Origin: an uncultured Pseudomonadota bacterium
Lineage (GTDB): Bacteria; UBA10199; JACPAL01; GCA-016699445
DNA length: 32,219 bases
Assembly: GCA_964637745.1 (NCBI GenBank)
Contig: CAZWYB010000004.1
Location: 1 to 32,219 of the forward strand
Direction: 5' to 3'
The first letter of the stretch is position 1; the number at the start of each line of letters is the position of its first letter. The position numbers and the translations under genes were made by a program. Below, piece by piece: positions 17,080 through 26,600 of the stretch. The notes under the pieces are model-generated. The model did no database searches and had not been told where the DNA came from. It saw only the letters and a program-made list of their open reading frames with translations.

Positions 17080-17949
17080 ATGGTCTATAGCGCCTTCCAC
17101 CCCATACTTTCTGTGCCACTTTTTGATGCTCACTCCATCTCATTGCCTGATTATCTGAGCCAACATGCGGGAGCGATTTTTCAACGTTGGAGCGATTGGA
17201 TCGCGCTGAGAGCCGTTCAGGATTTCAGAGGGGAAGGCCGGTTCGATCATATCAACCGTTTAGAGGATACCGCTGTCTTCATCGACCCGCCCTATGTCTT
17301 GAACCCTCATAATCATGCGGTTCTGTGGGACAAACTCAAACCCTTTGAAACATCGGATTCAACCGGTGGTCAAGGATACCGGGGAACCACCGGACGTATC
17401 GATAGAGAGAGGTTCGCCCGAAAGATATACGTCAATCCGCATCCCGCGCAGGCTCTCGATTTCCTTCTCGCCTTCAATACGATGGTGCAAAGCGAAAATC
17501 TCCCGATCATCTCCAGCAAGTTGCATAATAATATCGATTGGATTCGCACTCCGTCCGGCAGGGCCGTTCGAGCGGTAAGACACAACGGCTACTGCATCTA
17601 TCTCGCAGACGATTCCGGAGTGCCGGCGATCTTAACCGCGGTTGAGCGCGCCGCGACAAATTCTGAAGCGACACTTTTGAATCAGAGAATCGAAAATTAT
17701 CCTAAAGCCGTATTGGCGCTCGGCGGTCTCATTTTAATGGGTTTGGATCTGAACGGTGACCAATCTTTCGACAACTGGACTCGTCCGATCGGGTGGGCCG
17801 GATTTCGAGCCGTCCAAGAGATCCTTCAAAGGCATCCTCAAAGTTCAACCGAAGAATGCAAAGAAACGGCCTATCAAAACATGGTCGCCGGTCTCCTTCG
17901 CGTTCGAGGACCAAACATCGACCCGTCCCAATTTCTCTCTTTTGTTTAA
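17080..17949 (+). CDS. Hypothetical protein (orphan, 289 aa)
   Basis: Long ORF in the only non-overlapped frame, visibly less GC-rich than its neighbours. I recognise no family. An isolated DPPY tetrapeptide lies at 17284-17295. Confidence 0.6.
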   Translation: MVYSAFHPILSVPLFDAHSISLPDYLSQHAGAIFQRWSDWIALRAVQDFRGEGRFDHINRLEDTAVFIDPPYVLNPHNHAVLWDKLKPFETSDSTGGQGYRGTTGRIDRERFARKIYVNPHPAQALDFLLAFNTMVQSENLPIISSKLHNNIDWIRTPSGRAVRAVRHNGYCIYLADDSGVPAILTAVERAATNSEATLLNQRIENYPKAVLALGGLILMGLDLNGDQSFDNWTRPIGWAGFRAVQEILQRHPQSSTEECKETAYQNMVAGLLRVRGPNIDPSQFLSFV

Positions 17950-18911
17950 GATAGATTCTTCGCCGCTTCCTTCGCAAAGTAAGTGAGTATCAGATCCGCT
18001 CCCGCCCGGCGGATGGAAAGAAGCGTTTCCATCATAACGGCCTTTTCATCGACCCAACCCTTTTGGGCAGCCGCCTTGATCATGGAATACTCGCCGCTGA
18101 CGTTGTACGCGGCGACGGGGAGTTTCGTTTCGGCTCGAAGCGCGGAGATCACGTCGAGATAGGCTAATGCGGGCTTGACCATCAGGATGTCGGCGCCCTC
18201 CTCTTCATCCAACCTCGCCTCCCGCATCGCTTCCCGGCTATTCGCCAGATCCATCTGATAGGTCTTTCGGTCGCCGAACCGGGGCGTCGATTCCGCGGCG
18301 TCCCGGAACGGCCCGTAAAAGGCCGAGGAGTATTTGACGGCGTAGCTCATGATTGGCGTCTCGAAGAAACCGGCCTCTTCCAACCCCCGGCGCAGCGCCC
18401 CGACGCGCCCGTCCATCATGTCGGACGGCGCCACCATGTCGGACCCTGCCTGGACTTGCGAAAGCGCGGCCTGCCGCAAGAGCTCGAGGCTCTCGTCATT
18501 TAAGATTTTTCCGCCTTCAACGATCCCGCAGTGCCCATGGCTCATATATTCACAGAGACAGACGTCCGTGATCACGACCATCTCGGGCACTTTGTCTTTG
18601 ATCGCCTGAGTCGCCCTTTGAACGATTCCTTTAGGATCATACGCCCCGGAAGCCCGCGCATCTTTCTTGGAGGGAATGCCGAAGAGGATCACGGCAGGGA
18701 TGCCGAGCTTGGAGGCTTCTTTGGCCTCCTTCACCGCCTCAACCACCGAATATTGGAAGACACCCGGCATGGAGGAGACCGGGCCGCCCCTGCCCTCTTT
18801 CACGAAGATCGGCAGGACGAGTTGATCGACGGAAAGCCTCGTCTCGCGGACCATACGTCGTATGGCTTCACGGGAACGGAGACGGCGTGGGCGAAGGTTC
18901 CGCGCTCTCAT
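17946..18911 (-). CDS. hemB: Porphobilinogen synthase (delta-aminolevulinate dehydratase), Zn-type
   Basis: [21 protein letters not shown]-terminus, Zn-binding [14 protein letters not shown] and the active-site MVKPA context. Confidence 0.95.
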   Translation of the reverse strand: MRARNLRPRRLRSREAIRRMVRETRLSVDQLVLPIFVKEGRGGPVSSMPGVFQYSVVEAVKEAKEASKLGIPAVILFGIPSKKDARASGAYDPKGIVQRATQAIKDKVPEMVVITDVCLCEYMSHGHCGIVEGGKILNDESLELLRQAALSQVQAGSDMVAPSDMMDGRVGALRRGLEEAGFFETPIMSYAVKYSSAFYGPFRDAAESTPRFGDRKTYQMDLANSREAMREARLDEEEGADILMVKPALAYLDVISALRAETKLPVAAYNVSGEYSMIKAAAQKGWVDEKAVMMETLLSIRRAGADLILTYFAKEAAKNLS

Positions 18912-18979
18912 GACCGAAGATAGTGAGGAATCGGCGGGACGAAGTCAACGTTCACTTTTTATCATTTCTTCGTATACGA

Positions 18980-20071
18980 TCAGAGGAGCTTCCTTAACAC
19001 GCGCATGGCCCTGTCATAGGCCCTTTGTCTTGCTTTGGCCTTTTGAACCTCGGACCGACGTATCTTGAATTCGAATAAGGCGCTGTAGACATGCTTCAAG
19101 CTCTCCATTCTCTCCTTCACCTTAAGGAGCTGTACGCGAAGCCTTAATGGAATTTTTAATCGAGAAGACACCCGCTCGAGGCTCGATATGGTCTCCAGAT
19201 AATCGAGAATAAAATCGGACCCGGGCTCACGCGCCATGATCTCCAGGAGAGCATCGGCACTTCGCAGTTTGTTCGAGATAACTCTCAGCCCATCCTGGCC
19301 GTCCATTCTCAGCCGCTTAAAAAGCATCCTCTGATGATCGAGATTGACCGGTCCCAGGCCCTCGTCGTCCCATTTCAAGTAGGCCTCGTAAAACGCGGGG
19401 TGATGAACGCCGAGATAGACGAGGTTCTCCAAGGCCTCCGGCCGTTGGCTCATCAAGAGGGAGGCGACGATGTCCTTCACCTCGCCCATCCAGGTGACGA
19501 TCCTGACGAATTGCGACGGTTGGTGCAGATAACGGATGAAGTCGGGAAATGCCTTTTCCACTGGAACCGGGCTCGTCTCGCCAAGAAGGACTGACAAGAA
19601 GCCGATCACTTCGCCCTCTCCCTTCAGCGTTTCTTCGGAGATTTCCAGTTCGATGACCAAGGTGGAAAGGATGCGGATGAATTCGGCGGGACATTTCAGG
19701 GAGCGCTCTATTTCCTCGTCGATCCTTTTGCAAATCGTCTCCGGCGATACCGAGGCGGATGCCTGCAACCACGCGCGCTCTGAGGATTCTTCAAGGATAT
19801 CCCGCAAAAGCTGGATTTCATAATGACGACCTGTGACTTCCGTCCCAGGAAGGGCCCCCAAAAAGGAATGGCATTCTTCGGCGCTCTTGACGAGCTTCGC
19901 CAGACGAAAGGCCTGTTTCCAATCCTTGCGGCCCACCGCCTCCGAAAAAGCGCTCAGACGGGAACCCGTATTTTCGTCGTCGGGCTTCCCTCCCTTGGAG
20001 ACCAGACAAATCGCGCCGCCCGTTCCCAGGAGCCTCTCGGCATAGGCCGTTGGATTTGCGATCTGCAGCAA
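18980..20071 (-). CDS. Hypothetical all-helical protein (363 aa); start uncertain (TTG in track)
   Basis: Long ORF on the same strand as, and 68 nt upstream of, hemB. No family recognised. The first in-frame ATG is about aa 194, so a non-ATG start is required. Confidence 0.6.
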   Translation of the reverse strand: MLQIANPTAYAERLLGTGGAICLVSKGGKPDDENTGSRLSAFSEAVGRKDWKQAFRLAKLVKSAEECHSFLGALPGTEVTGRHYEIQLLRDILEESSERAWLQASASVSPETICKRIDEEIERSLKCPAEFIRILSTLVIELEISEETLKGEGEVIGFLSVLLGETSPVPVEKAFPDFIRYLHQPSQFVRIVTWMGEVKDIVASLLMSQRPEALENLVYLGVHHPAFYEAYLKWDDEGLGPVNLDHQRMLFKRLRMDGQDGLRVISNKLRSADALLEIMAREPGSDFILDYLETISSLERVSSRLKIPLRLRVQLLKVKERMESLKHVYSALFEFKIRRSEVQKAKARQRAYDRAMRVLRKLL

Positions 20072-20220
20072 CTCTGCATGATGGAAAAGGGATGAGAGAC
20101 GGTCTTGGGTCGGGAGGACCGGCTCGCCTCGAGTGAACGGAAATTAAGCCTGAGCCAATGAGTTGGAGCAAACAGAAGGACTAAGGTTGAAGGACGTAAC
20201 CAATAACATACTTGTCTCCT

Positions 20221-21024
20221 TTATGAATTTTTCTCTCTCAAAAATTGGGAATGGAACGCCGCGCCGACCCGAAATCCGGTGCGGATGTCGTGGTAGTCGG
20301 GGCGTTCGTCCTTGCGGATGTCAGGGTGCAAATCCTGCGGATGACTATCGTTCCAGGAACCGCCGCGTAGGCCGTAGGGATGTTTGGCACCGGGATTTCT
20401 CTCCACCCATTCCGAAACGTTTCCCATCTTGTGGCGAAGACCGAAGGGCCCGTTTCCATATTTTTGGTCGTCCACTTCAATCGTCTTTCGCTCCCTTCTT
20501 CCGATGCTACAATGGGCCAACTTTCCACCCTCGGAGTCGAGGAGATCCCCCTTTCCAGCGCTCCATTCCCATTGGGCATCGTTCAACAGGTAAAGTCCCC
20601 CTTGAGCCAGCGTCCAGCCCTTCGCATGATACCAGCTCACATCAACGACCGGTTGACTGTCCCCGTCGAATTCCTGACTTGACATCGTCGGGTTCCACGC
20701 GAAGAGGGCGATTTCACCCAAGCCCGAGACCTCTCTCACAACAAGCGAGTCTTTATATTGCCAATTTGGTTTTTGATTGTCCCAAGCGGGCGGCAAATTA
20801 TCCCTTCCGACCCTATCAAAGACGGCCTGCAGGCTCTCGAGATGCCTGACCGTCATCTCCCCTCGAATCTGAGGCTCCAGAAGGCAGTAGCGAGCCCCCT
20901 CATTCCAAAAGGAATCGACGCCTTTTCGCCATTGAAGATTGGTGACGGGATTGATCCCCTCTAACCACGAACCTTGCGGGTGCGTAATCAGGGCCATAGG
21001 GATGCCGCAAATAGTGTAGTTCAT
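20221..21024 (-). CDS. Formylglycine-generating-enzyme (SUMF1/EgtB/PvdO) domain protein, no signal peptide
   Basis: VDVSWYHAKGW, NDAQWEWSAG, FGLRHKMGNVSEWVE, LRGGSWNDS and TGFRVG match the FGE-sulfatase fold signature. ATG21024 is preceded by AAGGAGG, and the track start 21093 lacks an RBS. Confidence 0.85.
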   Translation of the reverse strand: MNYTICGIPMALITHPQGSWLEGINPVTNLQWRKGVDSFWNEGARYCLLEPQIRGEMTVRHLESLQAVFDRVGRDNLPPAWDNQKPNWQYKDSLVVREVSGLGEIALFAWNPTMSSQEFDGDSQPVVDVSWYHAKGWTLAQGGLYLLNDAQWEWSAGKGDLLDSEGGKLAHCSIGRRERKTIEVDDQKYGNGPFGLRHKMGNVSEWVERNPGAKHPYGLRGGSWNDSHPQDLHPDIRKDERPDYHDIRTGFRVGAAFHSQFLREKNS

Positions 21025-21132
21025 GGAACCTCCTTGTTTAAGGACGTTCCTCGGGGAAGGATCGGACGAGGGGCTCAATGAGATTGTCGTCAACGATGAA
21101 AAAATGTTGCTAAAAAGAACGGCTCACTGACG

Positions 21133-21167
21133 TTAAAAAAAGGAAAGGGCGGGGTTTCCCCCGCCCT
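21133..21167 (-). terminator. Rho-independent terminator after the delta-60 repeat gene
   Basis: The minus strand reads GGGCGGGG-gaaa-CCCCGCCC (perfect 8-bp GC stem, 21147-21166) followed by TTTCCTTTTTTTAA. Two further hairpins lie between the stop codon and it (21177-21203 and 21208-21224). Confidence 0.85.
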
Positions 21168-21237
21168 CCCTGAGCCCCTCGGAAACGATCGCTCGTCCCG
21201 AGGTATGTACATCATCGTGATGTAGAATTTCTTTGAT

Positions 21238-22860
21238 TCATCTCACCAAGCTGCAACCACCCGTAGGTGCTTGGGCGGCGACCGATCCACCGGCCGACGG
21301 CGCAAGCGCCTCGACTTTTCCGTGAATCGCGGGGGCTTCACCTAATGGACTTTCTGGAACCGACGGAGTTGCCGGCCCGGGAGTCACGGTAACGGGCGTA
21401 CTCAACAAGGCGCCGCCTCCCGCAGGAGGAGTTGGGGTTGCGGGAGGCGGCACCGGAACGGGAACGGGCGCAGGGGCTGTCGCAGAACCTGCGGGGGGAT
21501 GAAGTTGAGTCACGAAAGTCTGCGGGGCGAGCGGCATCGCGACAACGGTAAGAGATTCAGCCGTCTTCGTCTGGTAACGGGCCAGAGCAAATTCAGAAGT
21601 AGAGCTGCGAAGACTGGTGCCGGCCACGATGACACTGTCGTCGTTGGGATCGCGAACAAGACCGACGGCGAAATCGACTCCTCCGACATCGGTGGTCGTA
21701 TAACCACGAGTCCCGAAACTCGGATCGAGTCGTCCATTGTCGGAGCCGGAGGTCAGGACCTTGGCGAGGGCGAAGTCGCTCCAGCCAGTGTGGCGATCGA
21801 GGTTGTAACCCGCCACGATCAATGAACCGTCGGGCATGACTTCAAGTCCTGAGATCACGGTCTCGTTTGTAATTTGGAGGGTCAGCCGCGCCATGCCGAG
21901 CCCGCCGAACGACGCATCCGGGCTTCCGTCGGCATTCCGGCTGGCGATCGCGAACTCGCTGTTGCTGTTCCGATCCACCACTAGGCCCGCGATAATCACG
22001 CGGCCGTCCGGAAGAATCCCCACGGCCTTGCCGTATGTCTTATCGACAAGATCGATGGTGAGGAGCCCGTCTCCATCAAAGGATCGATCGAGGCGGCCAT
22101 CCGCGGAATAGACGGCAAGAGCGAACTTTTGGTGGGGATCGATCCCCGAAGTCCCGCCGACGACGATCCGTTGTTCCTCCTCGCTGATGGCAAGCGCTGC
22201 CGCCTCCTCTTGATCACCGAAGTCGGTATGGATCCAACCATTCCGGTTGAACGACGAATCCAAATTGAGATCCGCGTCGTAGCGGGCCACGAGAAAATCG
22301 GAATCACTGCCGTTGTCTCGTTTCCCGACAACCAGGATCCTGCCATCTTTTAGAACCTTGACGGCGTTCAGGCGTTCATCGGCTCCCAGGTCATTCACGA
22401 CGTATCTTTCCAAACTTCCATCGAGGCGATAGCGGGCCAAAAGGAGATCTCCCTTGCAGGAGGATGCGACATTGCAGCTTAACTTTGTCCCGGCGACGAC
22501 GATCGCGTCACCGAAGGGTCCACCCTTTTGAAAAGCCACTCCGCCGACTTCGATGCGATCGTCTGCGTCACCGCCTAAGGAAGCGATCGTCATGACGGCA
22601 AAGCCCATACCCTGATTAAAGGAGGGATCTGGCTGGCCGTTTCCTTTATAACGCGCCACGATCAAATCCGATCCGTCGGTACCGACCACGACGATCTTGC
22701 CATCCGGCTGTATGGCAATTCCTGATGCTTTAACCGTACTAAAGTTTGAAAGCGCCACGCCGTTGGTCCCAAAGCTGGGAAACAGATCTCCCGCTGCGGC
22801 ATATGCGAGTCTTGCAACGAGGGTCGTCAAAAGAACGAGTGAGATAATTTTTGTGCTCAT
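21238..22860 (-). CDS. Secreted delta-60-repeat (beta-propeller) protein with Pro-rich C-terminal tail
   Basis: Signal peptide MSTKIISLVLLTTLVARLAYA. About 7 repeats of the (L)DxSFGxxG motif occur roughly every 55-60 aa (PSFGTNG, DPSFNQG, DSSFNRNG, DRSFDGDG, DASFGGLG, DPSFGTRG). RBS AAGGAGAA precedes ATG22860. The protein ends ...APTGGCSLVR. Confidence 0.85.
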   Translation of the reverse strand: MSTKIISLVLLTTLVARLAYAAAGDLFPSFGTNGVALSNFSTVKASGIAIQPDGKIVVVGTDGSDLIVARYKGNGQPDPSFNQGMGFAVMTIASLGGDADDRIEVGGVAFQKGGPFGDAIVVAGTKLSCNVASSCKGDLLLARYRLDGSLERYVVNDLGADERLNAVKVLKDGRILVVGKRDNGSDSDFLVARYDADLNLDSSFNRNGWIHTDFGDQEEAAALAISEEEQRIVVGGTSGIDPHQKFALAVYSADGRLDRSFDGDGLLTIDLVDKTYGKAVGILPDGRVIIAGLVVDRNSNSEFAIASRNADGSPDASFGGLGMARLTLQITNETVISGLEVMPDGSLIVAGYNLDRHTGWSDFALAKVLTSGSDNGRLDPSFGTRGYTTTDVGGVDFAVGLVRDPNDDSVIVAGTSLRSSTSEFALARYQTKTAESLTVVAMPLAPQTFVTQLHPPAGSATAPAPVPVPVPPPATPTPPAGGGALLSTPVTVTPGPATPSVPESPLGEAPAIHGKVEALAPSAGGSVAAQAPTGGCSLVR

Positions 22861-22883
22861 AACTTTCTCCTTATAATTAGTTG

Positions 22884-23333
22884 TCACTCGAAGGACATTG
22901 AAGCGGTTGCCGGGTGATCGATCTCGTATCGGCGAAGATCGAGCGCGCCCATTTTCTCCTCAAAATCGTTTTCCTGCTTGTCGACGCGGGCCTGATAATC
23001 CAGCTCCGCGATTTTCAGCGAGTTCTGAAGTTGTTCGCGACCTTGCTGAAGCCCCGCAGCGATCTGCGCCTGACCCAAGGTGAACATCGCCTGTGCTTGC
23101 ATCATCTGCTGGCCCACCTGCGCCATGCCGACCCGGAACATATTGTCGGACTCGTGCATCATCGCCGATGAATTGAGAGACAACAATTCGCCGAATGGTG
23201 AGGAGGCGTGGTGGCCACCAGAAATAGTGTCGCCGACAGCACCTAATGTCCCGCCCACCAAAGAACCAAATCCGCCTAAGGCATCCCCAACCAATGATCC
23301 TGCTGCGGTCCCGATCTTATCTAAGAGTCCCAT
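22884..23333 (-). CDS. Small Cys-free glycine-zipper / Gln-Met-rich protein (149 aa)
   Basis: MGLLDKIGTAAGSLVGDALGGFGSLVGGTLGAVG has GxxxG registers G8-G12-G16-G20 and G23-G27-G31. No signal peptide. GGAG lies 7 nt upstream of ATG23333, whereas the track start 23339 is only 1 nt from it. The gene ends 23 nt before the delta-60 gene. Confidence 0.75.
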   Translation of the reverse strand: MGLLDKIGTAAGSLVGDALGGFGSLVGGTLGAVGDTISGGHHASSPFGELLSLNSSAMMHESDNMFRVGMAQVGQQMMQAQAMFTLGQAQIAAGLQQGREQLQNSLKIAELDYQARVDKQENDFEEKMGALDLRRYEIDHPATASMSFE

Positions 23334-23362
23334 AAACATTCTCCTTTCGATGGGAATTCATA

Positions 23363-23381
23363 AGAGCAAGGTGGGTGCCAA
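23363..23381 (-). promoter_or_regulatory. Sigma-54 (-24/-12) promoter P1 for the small-protein/delta-60 operon
   Basis: The minus strand reads TTGGCACCCACCTTGCTCT, which is TGGCAC-N5-TTGC with exact GG-N10-GC spacing. The predicted TSS is near 23354, about 21 nt before the ATG. Confidence 0.8.
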
Positions 23382-23585
23382 ACAAAGATTCGCGCTGCCG
23401 AGGTCGACAAGCGGCTTGGATCATTCAGAAAATTGGATATTGATAATTAAAATTAACATTAAAATATAATTCACAATTGTTCACATTTCAGGATGTAATT
23501 AATCATAAACAATTATAATTATTTCTGTTAATTAACATTAACAAGCAATTTCTTAATTAATAACAATTAGATACGGCTCACATTA
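23382..23585. promoter_or_regulatory. AT-rich divergent control region (candidate enhancer/UAS and bending sites)
   Basis: My hand count of 23431-23580 gives 29/150 G+C. Perfect palindromes TGTTAATTAACA (23526-37) and ACAATTGT (23473-80). Direct repeat ATTAACATTAA at 23452-62 and 23531-41. Several TTAATTAA copies. Confidence 0.6.
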
Positions 23586-23602
23586 TTGGCACGCCTCTTG
23601 CT
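23586..23602 (+). promoter_or_regulatory. Sigma-54 (-24/-12) promoter P2 for the 1048-aa/485-aa operon
   Basis: TTGGCACGCCTCTTGCT matches the TGGCACG-N4-TTGCW consensus exactly. The predicted TSS is near 23613, with AAGGAG at 23615-20 and GTG at 23630. Confidence 0.8.
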
Positions 23603-23629
23603 CTCTCATCGGTCAAGGAGATTCAAGAC

Positions 23630-26600
23630 GTGTCCATAAGAGCTCTTACAGCACACAACGCGAAGCGGTCCCACTCGCCTCGACACGACTTTAAACCAAC
23701 TACGAGTACGACCCCTCATCCCCCTGTGGAGACTGGGACCCGGTCTTACTTCAACATGATCACAGGAGGAGCCACATCCATCCTCCCCTGCCTCTTCGGT
23801 GGTCTGGAGAAGATCGGGTCCCTCGTCTCCTCTTTTCGGAAGAGAATGGAAGCGGAGGCGGAGACCTACGCCGCCAAGGGCGATTATGAAGGCGCGCTTC
23901 AAATCGGCCTCAAACTGCGCGGGGGATTGAAAAATGACATCACCTTAGACCTCAAGCTCGCGGAGTGGGCGAAGAAGGCCCACAACTTGGTCGTTGCCTA
24001 CGAAATCCTAAAACCCCATCGTGCGCCGCTGCCGCTCAACATCCGTGATGAGGCGCGACAGAAGACCTTCATCGAGCTGACGCGAGATCCCAAGACGTGG
24101 GTCGCGGTCGCTCATGAGCAAATGAATAAGGGCGATTATGCGGCGGCCCTCGAACACCTCCGGTTGGCCCGCGAATTCGCGTTCACCGAACCGAGGTTCC
24201 CGCGTCCGGGCGAATGGCAGGTCTTTCGAACCGTGCCCAGAGAGACCGTCGATGCGGCCTTGGTCCAGCGGATTGAAGACGAGATATCGGCAGTCACCCA
24301 CGCCGTTGAGGATCTCCCAGACCGCGTGCGAAGGATGTATCCGGAAATCTATCGTTCCGAGATCGCGCCTCCACTCGATTCCCTCTCGAAGTTGGAAACC
24401 AGGCATATCGACCTCTCCACCCTCACCCAGGAAGCCAAGACGAAGATCCTGGCCGGCATTCTTTATCACAATCAGCGACTCATCGGTGAGGGCTACAACC
24501 TTACGAGCCAGATCGAACGCTACACCCAGCTTGAGCCCTACAAGGCCAATATGATCGAGGTCGTCTCCGCTCAGCGCCCTCGAAACTCCCGATTCGCCTT
24601 CGAACTCGACCCATCCGCCGTCCAGGGCGACGTGGATCCCATGGAGGTCCCTGCGGAGGCGATTCGAAACGATGCGGTCATGAAGGCCTATGAGGGCTTA
24701 TCTCGGGAAAACCCGATCACCGCGCATCTCATCTCAGAGATTTATGGAGATATGAAGGAAACCCTTGTCCGAGAAAGCGCGCGAGCCTTTGATCGGGGAC
24801 GCTACAACCCCTCCCTTTCTTCTTACGACCCGATCCGGGATCAAACGATGTTCTCGGACTACCGTGAGGAACCGGTCCACAACGTGCAAGAGTTGACGGC
24901 CCTCAATGACCGCCTCGCGAGGCTCTACGTCGGCGCCCCCGTCGAAGAGTTTTTAAAAAAAATCAGCAGTCAAAAAGAAGCTCCAAAAGTTGATGAAACC
25001 GGCGGCGCCTTGGCCGCCCTCCCCCGCTATTCCCGGATCATTTTTGAAACACCCGAACCGACCGACGACTGCCGTCATACCACTTGGGCGGATGTGAGTG
25101 ACACCAAACACTTACTGATCAGTCGCCTGGAGGAACACGAACGTTACTTCCTCCAGAAGCGGGCCTCCCTCGACGTCGACGCGGAGAAATCCCTCCGTAA
25201 CAGAGACCTGAAAGGCATGAATCGAGTCACCGAGATCCTCGATCATCTCCGTCAGGAATACCGGCCGGCGGCCGCTGAGATTGAAAAGATCAAATCCATC
25301 CCTCTCAACAACATCCCCGAGGCCCTGGCTCTCCTGAAAAGGGTCGGCCCATCGGTCTTTGAGGCGGAGGAGCGATATCTCCGCTCCAACCTCCGAGACA
25401 AAATCGAGACGCTCCCGGGCTCTCCCACTTGGACGGACGGAAACGGACGAGAGCAAAAGTTAAAAGACATCTTGGGAGACATCAGCCCCTTCAGCGCCAA
25501 GATCTTCCATGTCGATGTGGGAGGACACAGAGCCTTCGAGCAAAGGATCGCCCGATATCAGCGCCTGAACGACATCGTCAACGAAAAGGGGACGGATGCG
25601 GCCGTCAGCGAGACGATTTCCCACCTCGAAAGCCAGGAAACCAAGGCGCATCGCTCGGATTGGATCAAACGGCATGTCGGTGTCATGGTCGGACCGGATC
25701 CCATTCCAGACATGATCGAGGGGCTTAAAATCGCGCGCGGAATGATCCGTTCCGATGATTCACAAGTCCGGGCGCGCGGGTACGAGGCCTTGAGGCAGCT
25801 GAACAACGCCTCCCAAAATGAGGACATCAAGGGTAAGGTCGCGTCCCTTCGTTGGTATGAACGATATGTCGAGAATTTCGCGGTCCCCGCCGTCACGATC
25901 ACCGCCAGCATGGCCCTCGGAGGCATCACCACGAAATTCATGGGCCCGCTTGCGACCCGTTTCCTGGGTCAAACGGCCGCCGGCCACATCGCCTTCTGGT
26001 CCGGCACCGCCGTATTCAATATATCCAACCGCCTGCTGACCGCGAAGTATGAAGGCGCCGGTGTCGTCAACGAACTCAAAAATATGGCCGCACATCCCAT
26101 CCAGACCGGCGTGGGGGTTTTGTTCGACGGTCTGATGATGCACTATCAAAACTTCGTCACGGGACGTGTCGGCCGCCTGGCCGAAAACAGTCTCGGTCTT
26201 AAAGGCTGGTCTCGGAAGCTCCCTTTTCCGGTCCGCTTTCCCGTTACGGTCGGCGCCTTGCACGTTTGGAACAACGGCGTCCTGTCCGTCTACCGCAACC
26301 TCGAAAACAACGGTTCATTCGCGAACGTCATCAGCGACCTCACGCATCCAAATCTTCTTCATGACGCCGCCTTCCTCTTTGCCCTCGAAACGTTCGGAAA
26401 CGGCATCTTCCGGGCCGCGAAGAATTTCGATGCCGCTGAGGAATTAGGCATCAAGATCGCGCGCCTGGATAAGACCCGCCTTAAACTGGAGGCGGAAATC
26501 GACGGACTTCAATCCCTCCGAAGGAGATCGCCGGACCGCTCGACGGCCCTTTCGCTGACGAACCAATTGGAGGGACTCTTAGAAAAGTATCGCGACCACC

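Noticed and set aside
17284-17295. DPPY tetrapeptide suggesting an N6-adenine/N4-cytosine DNA methyltransferase
   Set aside because: I could find no FxGxG/SAM-binding motif or other methyltransferase motifs in either permuted order, so the tetrapeptide alone is not evidence.
20387-20402. TGGCACCGGGATTTCT as a fourth sigma-54 promoter
   Set aside because: The -12 position is TC rather than GC. The site lies inside and antisense to the FGE-domain gene, with no downstream ORF.
21238-21270. C-terminal ...APTGGCSLVR of the delta-60 protein as a sorting signal (MYXO-CTERM/GlyGly-CTERM-like)
   Set aside because: No hydrophobic helix or basic tail follows the Gly-Gly-Cys, so it does not fit the known C-terminal sorting-tag architecture.
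23445-23545. Repeated ATTAACATTAA/TTAATTAA motifs as a CRISPR array or MITE
   Set aside because: There are only two 11-nt copies plus short AT palindromes, with no regular repeat-spacer periodicity and no terminal inverted repeats with target duplication. A regulatory region explains them better.
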